This document shows, one piece after another, positions 35,560-49,329 of a stretch of DNA of 64,000 bases (its first letter is position 1; every line of letters starts with the position of its first letter). The stretch spans positions 102,238,001 through 102,302,000 of the forward strand of contig OZ024746.1 in assembly GCA_964016885.1 (NCBI GenBank), in the 5' to 3' direction. The notes under the pieces were generated by a model. That model was given only the letters and a program-made list of their open reading frames with translations. It had not been told where the DNA came from and did no database searches. This stretch comes from Eledone cirrhosa (taxonomy: Eukaryota). A program made the translations under genes and the position numbers.

Positions 35560-38500
35560 CCACTGTGTCAATTATGAGTAACTCATCGTTACCAGCATCT
35601 TCTGGCGACGCTAAATTGTGGTTTTGCCCAGTTGGATTCATATGTTGCCGCCAACGAGGTTCAAGCGGCACAACAGAAACTACACGTGCTACTTAGTGGA
35701 ATTCCCGCTTTGCTGGCAACCACAGTTAAGGGCATCATTACAGATCCTCCAAAAGATACCTCTTATGACTCCTTAAAAGCAGAAGTACTCCGTAGGAACA
35801 GTCGGTCGTCTGAAAGTAGATTTTGTTCCTTGTTAGATGAAAATTTGGGCGACAGAACTCCTGAGTTTTTACGGCGTATCCGGGAACTTAGCGATTCAAC
35901 CACTGAGAATAATTCCTCCGTAAAGAAGCTATTCTTCTCCTGTTTGCTAACCAATGTGCAAACCATATTGGCGAATATGGTCGACACCAGTTCCTTAGAA
36001 CAGACTGCTGCCACTGGGGACCGAATTATGGAATTTTCTAGAGAACTTACCTCGGCGGATTCGGTCGTCGCTTCTTCTGCCTTTAAAAACCAGCCTGTCT
36101 CACCTCGTGAGGATGCCATGTTGAGAGCCATTGATGCGTTAACACGTCAAGTGGCTAAACTGTGTCGGGATCGAACGTCATCTAGGTGGCGTTCACGAAG
36201 GCGGTCTTCTTCTTCTCATCATCACGCCAACTCCCCCGCCAATAATTCATCTATATGCTGGTACCATGAGTGTTTTGCTGAGAACGTGAACCACTGTATA
36301 CAGCCTTGTTCATTCGTGAAGTCGGGAAACGCCAGAGGTTCGCTGAGGGCGGCAGTTGACCTCAGCGTAAAGCCCCCAAACCGCCACTTCTTCATTAAGG
36401 ACCTCCTGTCTGGAAGATCCTTCCTCATGGATACAGGAGCCTCGTGTAGTATTTGGCCGGTCCATTGCATGAAGGATACCCCTGTCGAATCATCCATTAC
36501 TCTGAAGGCTGTTAACCACTCGCCTATAAAGACGTACGAACAAATCTCGCTTCCCTTCAAATTCCAAAATCTTCGTAGGGATTTTAAATAGATTTTTATG
36601 GTCACTGACTTGCCATATCCAATCTTGGGAGCGGATTTCCTCCACAATTTCTCCTTGACTGTAGATGTCCAAGGCCAACGTCTGGTGGATGATATCACCG
36701 GTTTCTCAATTTGTGACCGAAAAGCCAGTGCTCCAACAATCAGCCCAATATTCTTCATCGCTGCTGCTGGAGACGCCAACCATTACAGCACGTTTGGTCG
36801 GGAGTTATTAGCCATATATCTGTCGGTGAAACATTTTTCTCATATTCTTGAGGGAAGAAATTTTACGGTTGTCACTGACCACAAACCTCTGACCTTCGCT
36901 TTGAAGTCGACAGATATCCGCCCAGAGAGACAAGGCACCTCGATTACATTTCGCAGTTTACCAATGATATCCAGCACATTTCTGGCTCACTAAACACAGC
37001 CACAGACGCCTTGTCACGTTTGCCAATCAGCTCGATTTTGTCATCCCAGGAGATAGATTTAAGTCGTTTGGCAGCAGATCAACCTGCACTTGAATCGTTG
37101 GATACTTCATCAACTGAATTTGCGACTTGCAACCTGAAATATATGCCCTTGTCGACCACCGACAGGCAGATTCTCTGCGATGTATCTACGGATTCACCAC
37201 GACCTTATGTTCCCGAGACACACCGTCGAATTGTATTCCTTGCTTTGCACAGCATTTCTCACCCAGGATCTTTAGCCACAGTAAAGCTCATAACAGCTAG
37301 ATTTTTCTGGCCAAATATGAGGCGTAAAATTAGAGCTTGGTGCCGTTCCTGCATACAGTGTCAAAAATCTAAAGTCCACAGACACATCCAGGCTCCACTA
37401 GGTACCTTTAGTACTCTGGATGCTCGTTTGCGACACATCCACATCGATATCATTGGACCTTGGCCAGTCAGTAGTGAATATTCTTACCTTTTGATCTGCA
37501 TTGATCGTTTTTCGTGATGGCCTGAAGCCATCCCCTTAAAGGACATTACCGCCGACACGATAGCGCGTGCCCTGGTTTCAGGGTGGATTGCCCGCTATGG
37601 CATGCCAACCACAATTACTACAGACCGTGGTAGGCAATTTGAATCACATCTTTTCTCGGAGTTAACAAAAATTATTTGCGCTCAACGCATTCGGACCACA
37701 TCTTATCATCCTGCTTCAAACGGAGTGGTGGAGCATTTTCACCGACATTAAAGGCCGCTCTTCGTGCTTATCCAGAATCTCTACCTTGGAGCGAGTACCT
37801 TCCTATTGTGTTGTTAGGAATTCGGTCTTCAATAAAGGAGGACCTTGGGTTCTCCCCAGCTGAATTGTTGTATGGTGCTCCTCTAGCGTTGCCTGGACAA
37901 ATGCTTGCCCCTGTTGATCTTGCTACTCAAGATCCCCTTTCCTATGTATCTCATTTGCGCTCATATTTTCAGGACTTACTGCCTATGGATACCAGGAAAC
38001 AAACTGTTAAAATTGCAGTCCCGAGGGATATTGCCTAGTGGACACATGTTTTTGTCAGAGATGATACTGTGAGACCACCTCTCACACAACCGTACTCTGG
38101 ACCCTACCGTGTGTTAGCACATACTAACAAACATTTTACTGTAGACATTAAGGGATCCAGAGAGACAATTTCGGTTGACAGACTGAAAAGGGCATACACA
38201 GACGCTCATACACCTGAGCCACATATACCCCCATCTTTCACTGTTGTACATACACCTGCTCCTTCTGCCCCACCTTCACCTACATACAAGACCACCATTC
38301 CGGTCGAGGAGTCCACTGGCCTAAAAAATTTTGTCAAACAGTTTTTATCTGAACTGGCCACTATGGAGCTTTTTTTGTATTGTGCATTACATGCTTTTCT
38401 TTACCTTGTTTCTTAACAGTTGAAAGTTTTCTTTAACTATAGAGTTTCTTTTTTTGTATTGTTTTTTCATGTACCTTTTTCATAGCTTTGCTTTGATCCC

Positions 38501-38854
38501 AATTTCTTGCGGCGTCGCTACAATTACCTTGGGGTTATTCGCCTCTCGTCTGGAGGAGAGTATTGTAGCGACCCCAGGGTAAAAAAAGAGAATTAATTAG
38601 AGTTGATTCCCATAGTCATTATAAATAGATGAGACTTGTGTTTCTCCCTCTCTTATTTGCTGCCGGCCCTGTTCTGACAAGCAGCTCTCTATACTCTTGC
38701 GACTACTTCGGAACTGAACACTATATGTACAGAGCATATCACCTCTATCTTGCATGCCCGGATTACTTTATCTTTATTTCTCAAGTGGTTGGTTACCAGT
38801 GGTATCTTCCGGAGAAGATTAAACCAATAAACCAATTCACTAAAGCAGCTTACA
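35560..38854 (+). mobile_element. Ty3/Gypsy LTR retrotransposon, defective (no 5' LTR, RT deleted)
   Basis: gag (LGDRTP..LRRIREL, ICWYH..CIQPCSF), protease (FLMDTGASCS, PILGADFL), RNase H C-half (YSTFGRELLAIY..VTDHKPL), integrase ([36 protein letters not shown]), polypurine tract GGAGGAGAG at 38552-38560. Confidence 0.93.
38564..38854 (+). repeat. 3' LTR of the Gypsy element (~290 bp)
   Basis: Starts TGTAGC right after the PPT and ends GCTTACA; TATAAATA at ~38620 and AATAAA at 38826-38831. Confidence 0.75.
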
Positions 38855-40058
38855 AAGTAGTCTGGGTACCTTACACTGTGACACTACCACCTTACAGTTG
38901 AGACTGGGTACCTTACACTGTGATACTACCACCTTACAGTTGAGACTGGGTACCTTACACTGTGACACTACCACCTTAACGAGTAGATTGGGTACCTCAT
39001 ACTTTGACACTACCACCTTACAGAGTAGCCAGGGTACCTTACACTGTGACACTACCACCTTACAGAGTAGACAGGGTACTTTACACTGTGATACTACCAA
39101 CTTACAGAGTAGACTGGGTACCTTACACCATGACACTAGCACCAGCTTATAGAGTAGACTGGGTACCTTAGACTGTGACACTACCACCTTACACTGTGAC
39201 ACTACCACCTTACAGAGTAGACTGGATACCTTCCACTGTAACACTACCACCACCTTAACGAGTAGACTGGATTCCGTACACTGTGACACTAGCACCATAC
39301 AGTGTGACACTAGTACCACATTGCATAATAGACTGGGTACCTTACACTGTGATACTGCCACATCACAGTAGTCTGCGTACCTTACACTGTGATACTAACA
39401 CCCTATAGAGTAGTCTGTGTACCTTACACCTTGACACTACCACCTTACACTGTGACACTACCACCTTACAGAGTAGACTGGATACCTTCCACTGTAACAC
39501 TACCACCACCTTAATGAGTAGACTGGATTCCGTACACTGTGACACTAGCACCATACAGTGTGACACTAGTACCACATTGCATAATAGACTGGGTACCTTA
39601 CACTGTGATACTGCCACATCACAGTAGTCTGCGTACCTTACACTGTGATACTAACACCCTATAGAGTAGTCTGTGTACCTTACACCTTGACACTACCACC
39701 TTATAGAATAGTCTGGGTACCTTACACTAGCACTTTACAGAGTAATCTGGGTATGTTACACTGTGACAGTATAGACTGGGTACCTTACACTGTGAAAATA
39801 CTACCACCTGACAGAATAGTCTGGGTACCTTACACTGTGACTCTGACACCACCTTACACTTTAACACTATCACGTTATAGAGTAGACTGTCTACCTTACA
39901 CTGTGACACTAGCACTACCTTCGAGAGTGGACAGGGTACATTATTCTGTGAATCTCCCACCTTACAGAGTGGACTGGGTACCTTACACTGTGAAACTACC
40001 ACTATCTTACACAGTAGACTGGGTACCCTACACTGTGACAATACCACCTTACAGAGAT
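38855..40058. repeat. ~42-bp satellite array, right block
   Basis: Same consensus and orientation as 32064-35559. Confidence 0.97.
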
Positions 40059-40539
40059 TGTGCTTACAGAGATTGGCTGTCATTAAATAATTGAACAATA
40101 ATGCAGCACTTGTTAAATGGCATTCAATATGAGTTTAATATGTGATAATGTTGGTGCTGCTTTCTAATATTTCTGAGACAAGACACTCACAGCATTAGTT
40201 CAGGTGATAGAGAGTCTCTCAATTACACACCACAACAGGGAATGTTGGTGTTGACCTCTAACATATCTGAGACAAGACACAGCATTAGTTCAGGTGATAG
40301 AGACAAGACATATCATTACCTCAGATGATAGAGGGTCTCTCAATTACACATTACAACAAGGAATTTTAGCTGTTGCAAACAAAGAAAAAAAGAATTTTGT
40401 ATTTATATCATTAAAAATGAATTTAGGAAGACAAAAATTAGACATGCAAAGGATTTTGATTCCAGTTAAAAACATATTTAATAAATGGAGTCTGTAGAAC
40501 TGTTATGGTTACATTTTTGATGTTGGTGGTCAATAAGTT

Positions 40540-40830
40540 TAGACTGGGAAAAGGAAGGGTATCTCAGGGTTCACAGTTAAATAGTTTTATCCCCAGTGTG
40601 TGTGTTTCTAAGTTACTGTTAGTCACAAAATATTTCCCACATATTTCACAGGGGAAGGTCCTTTTTCTGCAGTCTGAATATGTGGCCAGCATGAGTAGAA
40701 TTCTGAATAAAAGATGTCCAACATGTTTCACACTGGAAGTTTCTTTCCTCCAGTCTGAAGACATATATGTTTATTAAGTACCAAACTATCTGTAAAAGAT
40801 TTCTCACATGAAATGAAATATTTAATCATG
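40540..40830 (-). pseudogene. relic C2H2 zinc-finger sequence
   Basis: FPCEICGKYFVTNSNLETHTLG..FNCEP in ORF 40564-40764; neighbouring fingers are frameshifted. Confidence 0.65.
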
Positions 40831-42289
40831 TAGGAAAACCTACCTTGAAACATGTAGTTCACACTATGTTATCTACACAATATTAACTTTCACTTTAACA
40901 TGAGATAATTACTACATAAAATATAATAAGATTAATTAAAGTTATAATTAAGATGGCAGGTACGTGGTGTCATTGACTGTGATTCCTTTTCCGGATGGTG
41001 ACATGACTTAAAAGTCCCCTACATAATTTAATACATGGGAATAGCTGAAACAGCTTGACACCAATGGCATCATAGATCATCATTTAATGTATACTTTCCC
41101 TGCAAGCAAGGGTGGGACAGGTCTTTACAAACCAGGGTGCGGTGGGAGACCACATCTCACTTACATATGGTCCCACATTCTACTGAGTGTATTTTATTGT
41201 GGCACCAGAACTAAAGAGGTTGTCATGTCTTTGACAGAACTGAAGGGTCCTACCAAACCTTTGTTTGGCAAGAGAAGAAAATTGTAAAGTACCATCAACA
41301 AATATTAAAGTTATAAAATTGTTTTATAACTATGGATCCACATTTATAAATGTGGATATTTTGTCATAAATATAAACCAGTTAGTGTTTGTAAAATATCA
41401 CATATAAACACATCAATCTTGTTTTGTTTTTCTTGCACTGATGGAGTCATAGGGGTGTCACTGTGGACATTTGAAGCTTGGTGGAGCCCTTCACTCACCA
41501 GGTTGGAACAGGTGATTTCTTCCAGAGAAGGAGAGAGAATGAGAGAGAGGAAGTGAGGAAGAACAGACCCCTGTGGTAGACTGGTACTTTTTTGTTATCA
41601 ACCTTGAATGGATGAAAGGCAAAGTTGACCTCAGCAGGATTTAAACTCAGAGAGCAGAGAACCAGAACAAATATGGCAGAAAGCATTCCATCTATTGTTT
41701 TATAGACTTTAAATAAATGTTTCTACTTTTAAATCAACCCCAGCAATTGGAAGAGAAAGAGGAATGCAAATTAAATCATCCCCAGTGCATTACTGGTACT
41801 TCTTTAAACCCAGAACATAAAAGGGCTGTAACTATATGACACAAAGAATGTCTGATGCTCTACTAATTCTGCCAATCCACCACCCTCAACAATAAAATAA
41901 GATTGTGTCTCTATAAGAAACCTTAATGACAAATATGAAGTAGAACTTTCTACAGGGTGTATTTGTGGCTTACAATACAAAACCTGAGAATAATTTCCAA
42001 CATATTTCACCATAATAAATGTTCATTAATATATATTATTTCGTGGCATTCTTCAGATCATTAATCCCCAGCAGAACATCCTTAGACATCTGATCTATGT
42101 AGGTCATTTTCAGTCATCCCACTAGGGTCTTACTATGTTTCGGCATCCACCACAGGAGCCAGCTCATCAGGTCATCCATTGTTCGGTAGGAATGTCTGGT
42201 ATGTCTTGTCCTCTGCTCCCTAGTTATTGTGATAATCTTCGATATATGGCAGTATATTTTTTGTTTGATTCAGGAATATATATATACAT

Positions 42290-43420
42290 AGATGCGTATG
42301 AAGGATGACAGCTGCATTAACAGGTGCAGAGCTCTAAAAGTCGATGTAAGCCATGGAGTGGGGAGAACCAAGAAGACCTGGGATGAGGTGTTAAAAGCTG
42401 ACCTTGCCCAATTGCACCTCTTAAATACAATGACACAGGACCGTGACCTCTGACGTCATGCGGTAATACAGAAGACCCGACTTCACACAGGTACAAGCCG
42501 AAGCATCATCATCATCATCGTTTAACGTCCATTTTCCACGCTAGCATGGGTTAGACGGGAGTTGTCCCGCTTGAGGCAAGGTTGGTCGAGTGACCGTGTC
42601 TCACTCATATAGGACTATCTGGAAGGTTTTCTACGGCTGGATGCCCTTCCTAACATCAACCACATTTACAGTGTGGAACTGGGAACTTTTTACCATGTTA
42701 CATACACGGCCACATTACAGCGTGGACTGGATGTTTTTTTGTTGTGACACCTACACGATCTAGATCTCATTATCTCGTGCTGTTGGTGGGAGTGGGAGGA
42801 TAGGGTAGGGGTAGAGGATTGGGGTGTATATTTAGTCAAGAGGTGCCTACTGACTGTAGGTTTCGCTTTGTACATAGGCAAGGAGGGTCTTCTGTATTAC
42901 TGCATAGCACCAAAGATCTCGGTCCAGAGACATTGTCTTAGAGAGATGTGTGTGAGGTCGGAATTTAACAGATCATCCCAGGTTTTTCTGGGACTACCTA
43001 CTCCGTTACCATCAATTTTGATCGCCCTACACTTTTTTATGCAGCTGTCGTCTTTCATGCGCATCACGTGACCATACCAACGTAGTCTTCTCTTAAGTAA
43101 ACAGCATCTGATCCCTCTTATTCCTAATTTCTCACTTAGTTCATTTATGCTTTGCATATCGACAATATCTCCCCATCCCTACCCACTGCAAAAATGGTCA
43201 TGGAAATATCACGACAAAAAAGCACCCAGCCCACACTGTAAAGTACCATGGTAAAAAAAAGCACCCAGCACTCAGTGTAAATGAGGTTTTGTGTTAGGAA
43301 GGGCATCCAGCTGTAGAAATCAAGCCAAAGTCAGTTCCCTGACCTGCCATTGCCCACAACAGGACAACTCGTCTAACTTATGCTAGCGTGGAAGAATAGA
43401 CGTAAAACCGTGATGATGAT
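42290..43420. mobile_element. cluster of RTE 3' ends / RTE-related SINEs (+,-,+)
   Basis: RRLRWYGHVMRMKDDSCIKKC (42897-43157, minus), AGGAAGGGCATCC motifs and (GAT)n/(CAT)n tails; absent from the paralogous unit near 57800-58020. Confidence 0.8.
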
Positions 43421-43479
43421 AAGTACAAGATAAGGAGTTTTCAAGCTTCACATTTTATATACTTCCATCCAGAGTGTGT

Positions 43480-44178
<699 letters not shown>

Positions 44179-44708
44179 ATTTCTAGCTAGTGATCTTTAC
44201 ATAAAGGATTCTCACCAATTCTACTGATACATTAGGAAATGAAGATATTGTTAATAGATGCTATGTAGTCTAATATACAAAGGATCCATAAAAGACTGCA
44301 GAACTCGGTTTTCTTCTTCTATGAAGTTGTAATGTAGCATTTAGTTGGTACAAGTAATAAGACATATGACAGTGTAAGACTGATCTTGGATGTAGAAAAA
44401 ACAAGTGCTTATATACATATATATATAGGTGATTATTGTGGAATATTCCACTATTATTTCTGTTAAGGTGAGAGAAGCTCTATTCACAATAAAATCCTCA
44501 GCTCATAAAAACAGACGAATAAGTCTTCTATAGTTAAGGTTCTTGTTATTGAGGACAGTTCAGGTGACAAGAGAATTAATATTCATTACAAAAGACGAAT
44601 GTTAATATATGTACATATATATATACAGACATACAGTGTGTACGTATGAGAGAGAGAAATAAATAGCCCTGTGTGTGTGTAGGTGTTGTAATAATTCAAG
44701 ATATTTAA

Positions 44709-47170
44709 ATATAATAATGAAATTATTGTGTAAAGTGCTCAGGTGCACTACAACTCGTCAATATAGTACATAGAATAATACACAAATGTCAGGGAAGTAC
44801 ATGTGTGTATGTGTTAGCTGTTCTGTTGGCGGATCTCGGGAAGCATGGAGGCCTTAAAGGATGCAGTGTCTCGACAGCTAACAACTGATGCAGGTAGTTT
44901 GTTCCATGCTTCAGCAACTCTGAGCGTGAAAAAATGTTTCCGAAAGTCATGGGAACTGTGCTGTTTTCTTACTTTGTGGGCATGCCCACGTGTGTTAGAC
45001 ACATGGAAATCGAAAAGGTACTCAGGGTTGTTGTTGGCAACATGGTTAACAATTTTGTGGGTGTTTACCAAGTCAGTTGCCAGGCGTCGGAGCTTCAATG
45101 AATCCATGCCTAGGGAAGCAAGGCGCTCAGAGTATGGTAGATGCCTGATGGAAGGTATTCGCTTGGTTGCACGTCTCTGAACAGTTTCCAGGCGGTCAAT
45201 GTCCTGAGCAAGATAGGGGTTCCAGACTGGTGATGCAAATTCTAAGTGTGGTCGCACCATAGCTGTATACAGCCTTAAATAGATATCTGGAGAGCGGCTG
45301 ACAAAGGTCTTGCTGAGTGATGCTAAGACACCCTCGGCCCTCTTGACAATTTTAGAGACGTGCCTCGTCCAACGCAAATCGCTGTTGACCGTAATGCCCA
45401 GGTCACGTTCACAGGAAGACTTCTTGATATTAGTGCTGTGGAGGGAATATGTGGACGCTGGGTTTTTACTCCCAAAATGCATGGTGGTGCACTTGTCCAC
45501 AGCTAGCTTGAGTTGCCAGTCTGAGATCCACTGTTGCATTGTGTCCAGGTCAGACTGCAAGCAGGATCTATAGTGTTCAGGATCTGTCCTTTTTATCTCA
45601 AGGTACAGCTTGATGTCGTCTGCGTACTTTAGTACTGTGGCATTCCTTAAGTTGGCATCTATGTCATTAATATATGCCACAAACAAAAGGGGGCCAAGAA
45701 CAGATCCCTGAGGTACACCAGATGACATCTCACATGGTGAGGAATGCTGTCCCAGAACCGTGACTACCTCTCTTCGACTGAGAATGAAGGACTTCAACCA
45801 GTTAAAAAGATCATCCTTCACACCCATTGCAGAGAGTTTTGCCATAAGCCTTTTGTGTGGCACAGAATTGAAGGCCTTCGCAAAGTCAAGGTAAACAACA
45901 TCCACCCATGAGCCGCCATCAGTGATCCGGGTGATGTCCTCAAGAAACTCTATAAGTTGATCACAGCAGCTGGAGTTGGGGATAAATCCAAATTGCGAGG
46001 GCCGGAGAAGACTGTGAGAGCTCCAGAAGTTCCAAAGTGTTTCTCTGACACAGGATTCCATCAGTTTGGCGATGCAACTAGTAAGACTGACTGGACGATA
46101 GTTCACAGGTGATGTGCGGTCACCCTTTTTGAACAGAGGAATGACACTGGCAGTTTTTCACTGTTCTGGAGTAGCACTGTTGTTCAGACAGAATTGGAAG
46201 AAGCGTGATAACTGGTGTAGAAGGAAGTACCCACCACGTTTAAGAAGCAGGTACGTAACACCATCAAGACCAGGAGAGGCATGGTTGCGTTTATTTTTTA
46301 GGTGACGTCGCAGCATTGCAGGTGTAAATTCCATGGTTGTAATAGAGTCCGGTGTCATAGGTGGTGGAGATGGTACACTCTGGTCTTCAATGGTGAAAAT
46401 GCCTGCATAGCATTCAGCAATGAGCTCTGCGCATTCCTTGGGGTCGTCAGTAACCTGGCTTGTGTGGGGATTGCGAAGAGGACCAACTGGAGAGTGAGGC
46501 CTCTGCTTTGAGTGAACATACTTCCAGAACACCTTACTGTCAGGGCTGGTTGCTATGCGCTGCTCAAATTGAAGCACTGCCTTTTTTGTCACCTGTTTGA
46601 GGTGGTTGGACGATCTATTTCGCCTCTTCCTATTAATGTCTGATTTGTGAAGTTTGTACTCACGTTCAGCATTGCGCCGTTCTTTTCTGGCAAGACAGAC
46701 TGCTGCAGTCTCCCAAATTGCTCTTTTGGGATGTTTTTTCCGCTTACGTGGCACCGATGGTGCACATGCTGTCCATATTGAGCTCAGGATGTTCTGGAGT
46801 ACAGTGTTGACATCTCCAGAGTCATAGAACTCAAGCCAGTTTGGCCGTTGCAACTCGGTGCAGTAACAGTTCCAGTCTGCTTTATTCCAGTCAAAGTGAG
46901 CAGTTTGGAGATGGTTGTGGTTCTTGTTACTGCCCATGAGGGATAGATTGGCAATGATCATAGCATGATCAGAGTCACCTAAAGGTTCCTCAGCAGTAAC
47001 ACTAATGACCGTTTCAGGAGTAGTGGTGAAGAGTAGGTCCAAAGTGTTGTCACCTCTCGTTGGGGAGGTGACCACCTGGGACCAACTCGAGTCCAGCACC
47101 AGCTCAAGGAAGTCATTTGCACTTGGCGGCCAACGAAAGGTCTCCCAGTCAATCTCAGGGTGATTGAAGT
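44709..47170 (-). mobile_element. CR1-type LINE, 5'-truncated, ORF2 nearly intact
   Basis: Endonuclease end (PTRGDNTLDL, SDH), RT (NYRPVSLTS, QFGF, YLDFAKAF, GVPQGSVLGPLLF, KYADD), C-terminus HLEFASPVWNPY, TRGH, AWNKLP; only an in-frame TGA at 46158-46160 separates the two ORFs; (ATT)n tail. Confidence 0.92.
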
Positions 47171-47340
47171 ATCGGTAGAGGGTCGGACGCCATGCTTTCC
47201 AGTATAGTTACGTCCCTTTACGATCTGAGTTCAAATCCCGCCGAGGTTGACTTTGCCTTTCATCCTTACAGGGTGGATAAAATAAAGTACCAGTAATGAA
47301 CTGAGTATTTGCTGGCCTTGTGCCTAAAGTAGACACAAAT
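47171..47340 (+). mobile_element. tRNA-derived SINE (same family) abutting the CR1 5' end
   Basis: GAGTTCAAATCCCGCC B-box, TTGCCTTTCATCC body. Confidence 0.78.
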
Positions 47341-48310
47341 ATTTCACTGTCTAGTTGACACCGGTGTAATGACTTAAAAGTCCCCTACATAATTTAATAC
47401 ATTCAGAAACAACTTCCGTTATATTACTTCACACCTTCAATCAATATGTTAGTTCTTTATTCAGATTTATATAAATAACATTATTAATTTTACATAACTG
47501 TTCATATTAAAACAAAACATATTATTAAAGGTAATAACATATTTAAGAAATGGAAATGTAAAGAAGTATTTTGTTAAACATAAATGTGGATATAAGTTGT
47601 AACGATGGAACCATTGTAGATAACTTTCCACTGTCTAGTTGACACCGGTGTCATGACTTAAAAGTCCCCTCCATAATTTAATACATTCAGAAACCACTTC
47701 CGTTATATGGACTAGCAGAAAACCACCCGAAGGTAGCATGTGTAGTGTGTATATTGATATAATACACAAGTATATATATACATGTAGATATGATACATCA
47801 AGTAAAATCGTAATTGACAATATATAATGCACAGGAATTGAACGAAGACTGTGTTACACTGTCTTATGTAATCAGTAACGTAATCTATGATACATTAAAA
47901 AAAGACGATATTATATATAAACTGCATTAGGAGAAAATTAGTGACGGAAATATATGAATGTTTATTCAAGCGATGGCCAACCGGAAGTGTTGACATTTCA
48001 GAAATTTTAAAGACGTGAATCTTTAAATAAGTAAAATATATTTAATCAACAGTCACGAAATTTAGTAGATAAATTATGTAATATTCATTCATTATTTATT
48101 CCAAGTAATGCAACTTATTTTACTAATGGGATAAACAAATTATAAACCGTACGCAGTCCCGCGCTTCTTACTTTATTATAGTTTAGATTCATACTTTCAA
48201 TAGATATGCTAGTACTTTATTCAGATTTGAATAAATAACATTATTAATTTTATATAACTGTTCATATTAAACCAAAACACATTATTAAAGGTAATAAAAT
48301 ATTTAAGTAA
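47341..48310. repeat. ~285-bp tandem repeat (2 units, second interrupted by a Helitron); paralogous array at ~59630-60010
   Basis: Unit starts CTAGTTGACACCGGTGT(A/C)ATGACTTAAAAGTCCCCT at ~47350, ~47635, ~59638 and ~59922. Confidence 0.85.
47712..48187 (-). mobile_element. non-autonomous Helitron
   Basis: Minus strand A|TCTAAACTATAATAAAG ... CTAG|T. Comparison with the uninterrupted repeat unit shows insertion between A and T with no target duplication. Confidence 0.8.
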
Positions 48311-48349
48311 TGGAAAAAGAAAAAAAAAAACGAATCAAACAACGAAAAT

Positions 48350-48535
48350 AATTGTTTCTACTTTGGGGCACAAGGCCAGCAATTATCTCAGTGTATTACT
48401 GGTACTTTATTTTATCGACCTCGTAAGGAGAAAGACAAAGTTAACCCTGGCGGGATTTGAACTCAGATCATAAAGAGAGGTAACTCTATGCTACAAAGCA
48501 TGGCATCCGACGCTCTACCGATAGTGCCAATTCAA
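48350..48535 (-). mobile_element. tRNA-derived SINE (same family)
   Basis: Similarity to 57826-57992. Confidence 0.75.
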
Positions 48536-49329
48536 CGAAAATAATGGGAGAGGGACAGACTTTATATTTCAGTCTGAGCTGTGATTCAGCCCCACCCTAC
48601 AAACAAAATGGCAAAGGTGTTACCACGGAGAATAGCCAGAGACACCCATTACAACATCCACCCCACCTCATGGGACTACTTCCTCAAGTGGGCTGTTGTC
48701 TTTCTAATCTTGAGAAGGAAATCAGCAGTGTGGGGACAAAGAGGAAGTGGTTTGTCAGGCCCCGGTATTTAACTATCTTCCTCTTCTCTCTATTGCAGGT
48801 AGTAAAGCCTGGGTTTGTGGCCACATGGAAAATGTTGGAGGCAGAGAATGATCTAACCCATGCTAAACCTCCAACTAAAGCTGATACTTGTCTTTTTAAG
48901 CTGTGGCGATTAGAGACATGTGGAATGATGTGTCTTGCTTAAGGACACAATGTACCTCCAAAGCTGAAAATTGAAAAGATGATATTACCATACAATATAT
49001 GTGTTTGTATACATATATATTCACTATACAATATATATGTGTTTGTATACATATATATAGTATATATTTGTGTGTATACATTGTCTCATTCCATGAGAGT
49101 AACTTAGTCAATCTATGAACTCCTCATCCGACCCTTCTATATGTATATACATGTTTGTCAGTGTGTGTGTACATATGTATATAGAATATTGTCACAACTA
49201 CTATATACACCAGATATACACTATATATAATATTGTTCAATATATATAGACTATATGTCATTTTGTCCAAGGGAAAGGCTGATATAGATCAGCACCAGTG
49301 ACATTACAACTATTATATACACTATATAT

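Noticed and set aside
32064-40058. Repeat array next to an integrase/protease region as a CRISPR-like or RT-array system
   Set aside because: Units are contiguous degenerate tandem copies with no unique spacers and no cas genes; the neighbour is an ordinary defective Gypsy element.
44845-45573. Antisense ORFs over LINE RTs (also 7315-8001, 11695-12637, 52483-53156)
   Set aside because: Shadow frames of the retroelement coding strand.
46158-46160. In-frame TGA in CR1 ORF2 as programmed readthrough or selenocysteine
   Set aside because: It falls at the conserved Trp of 'P..WK.A.V.P', so a TGG>TGA mutation is the simple explanation.
47171-47245. tRNA gene
   Set aside because: A B-box is present but there is no complete cloverleaf; it is the head of a multi-copy SINE.
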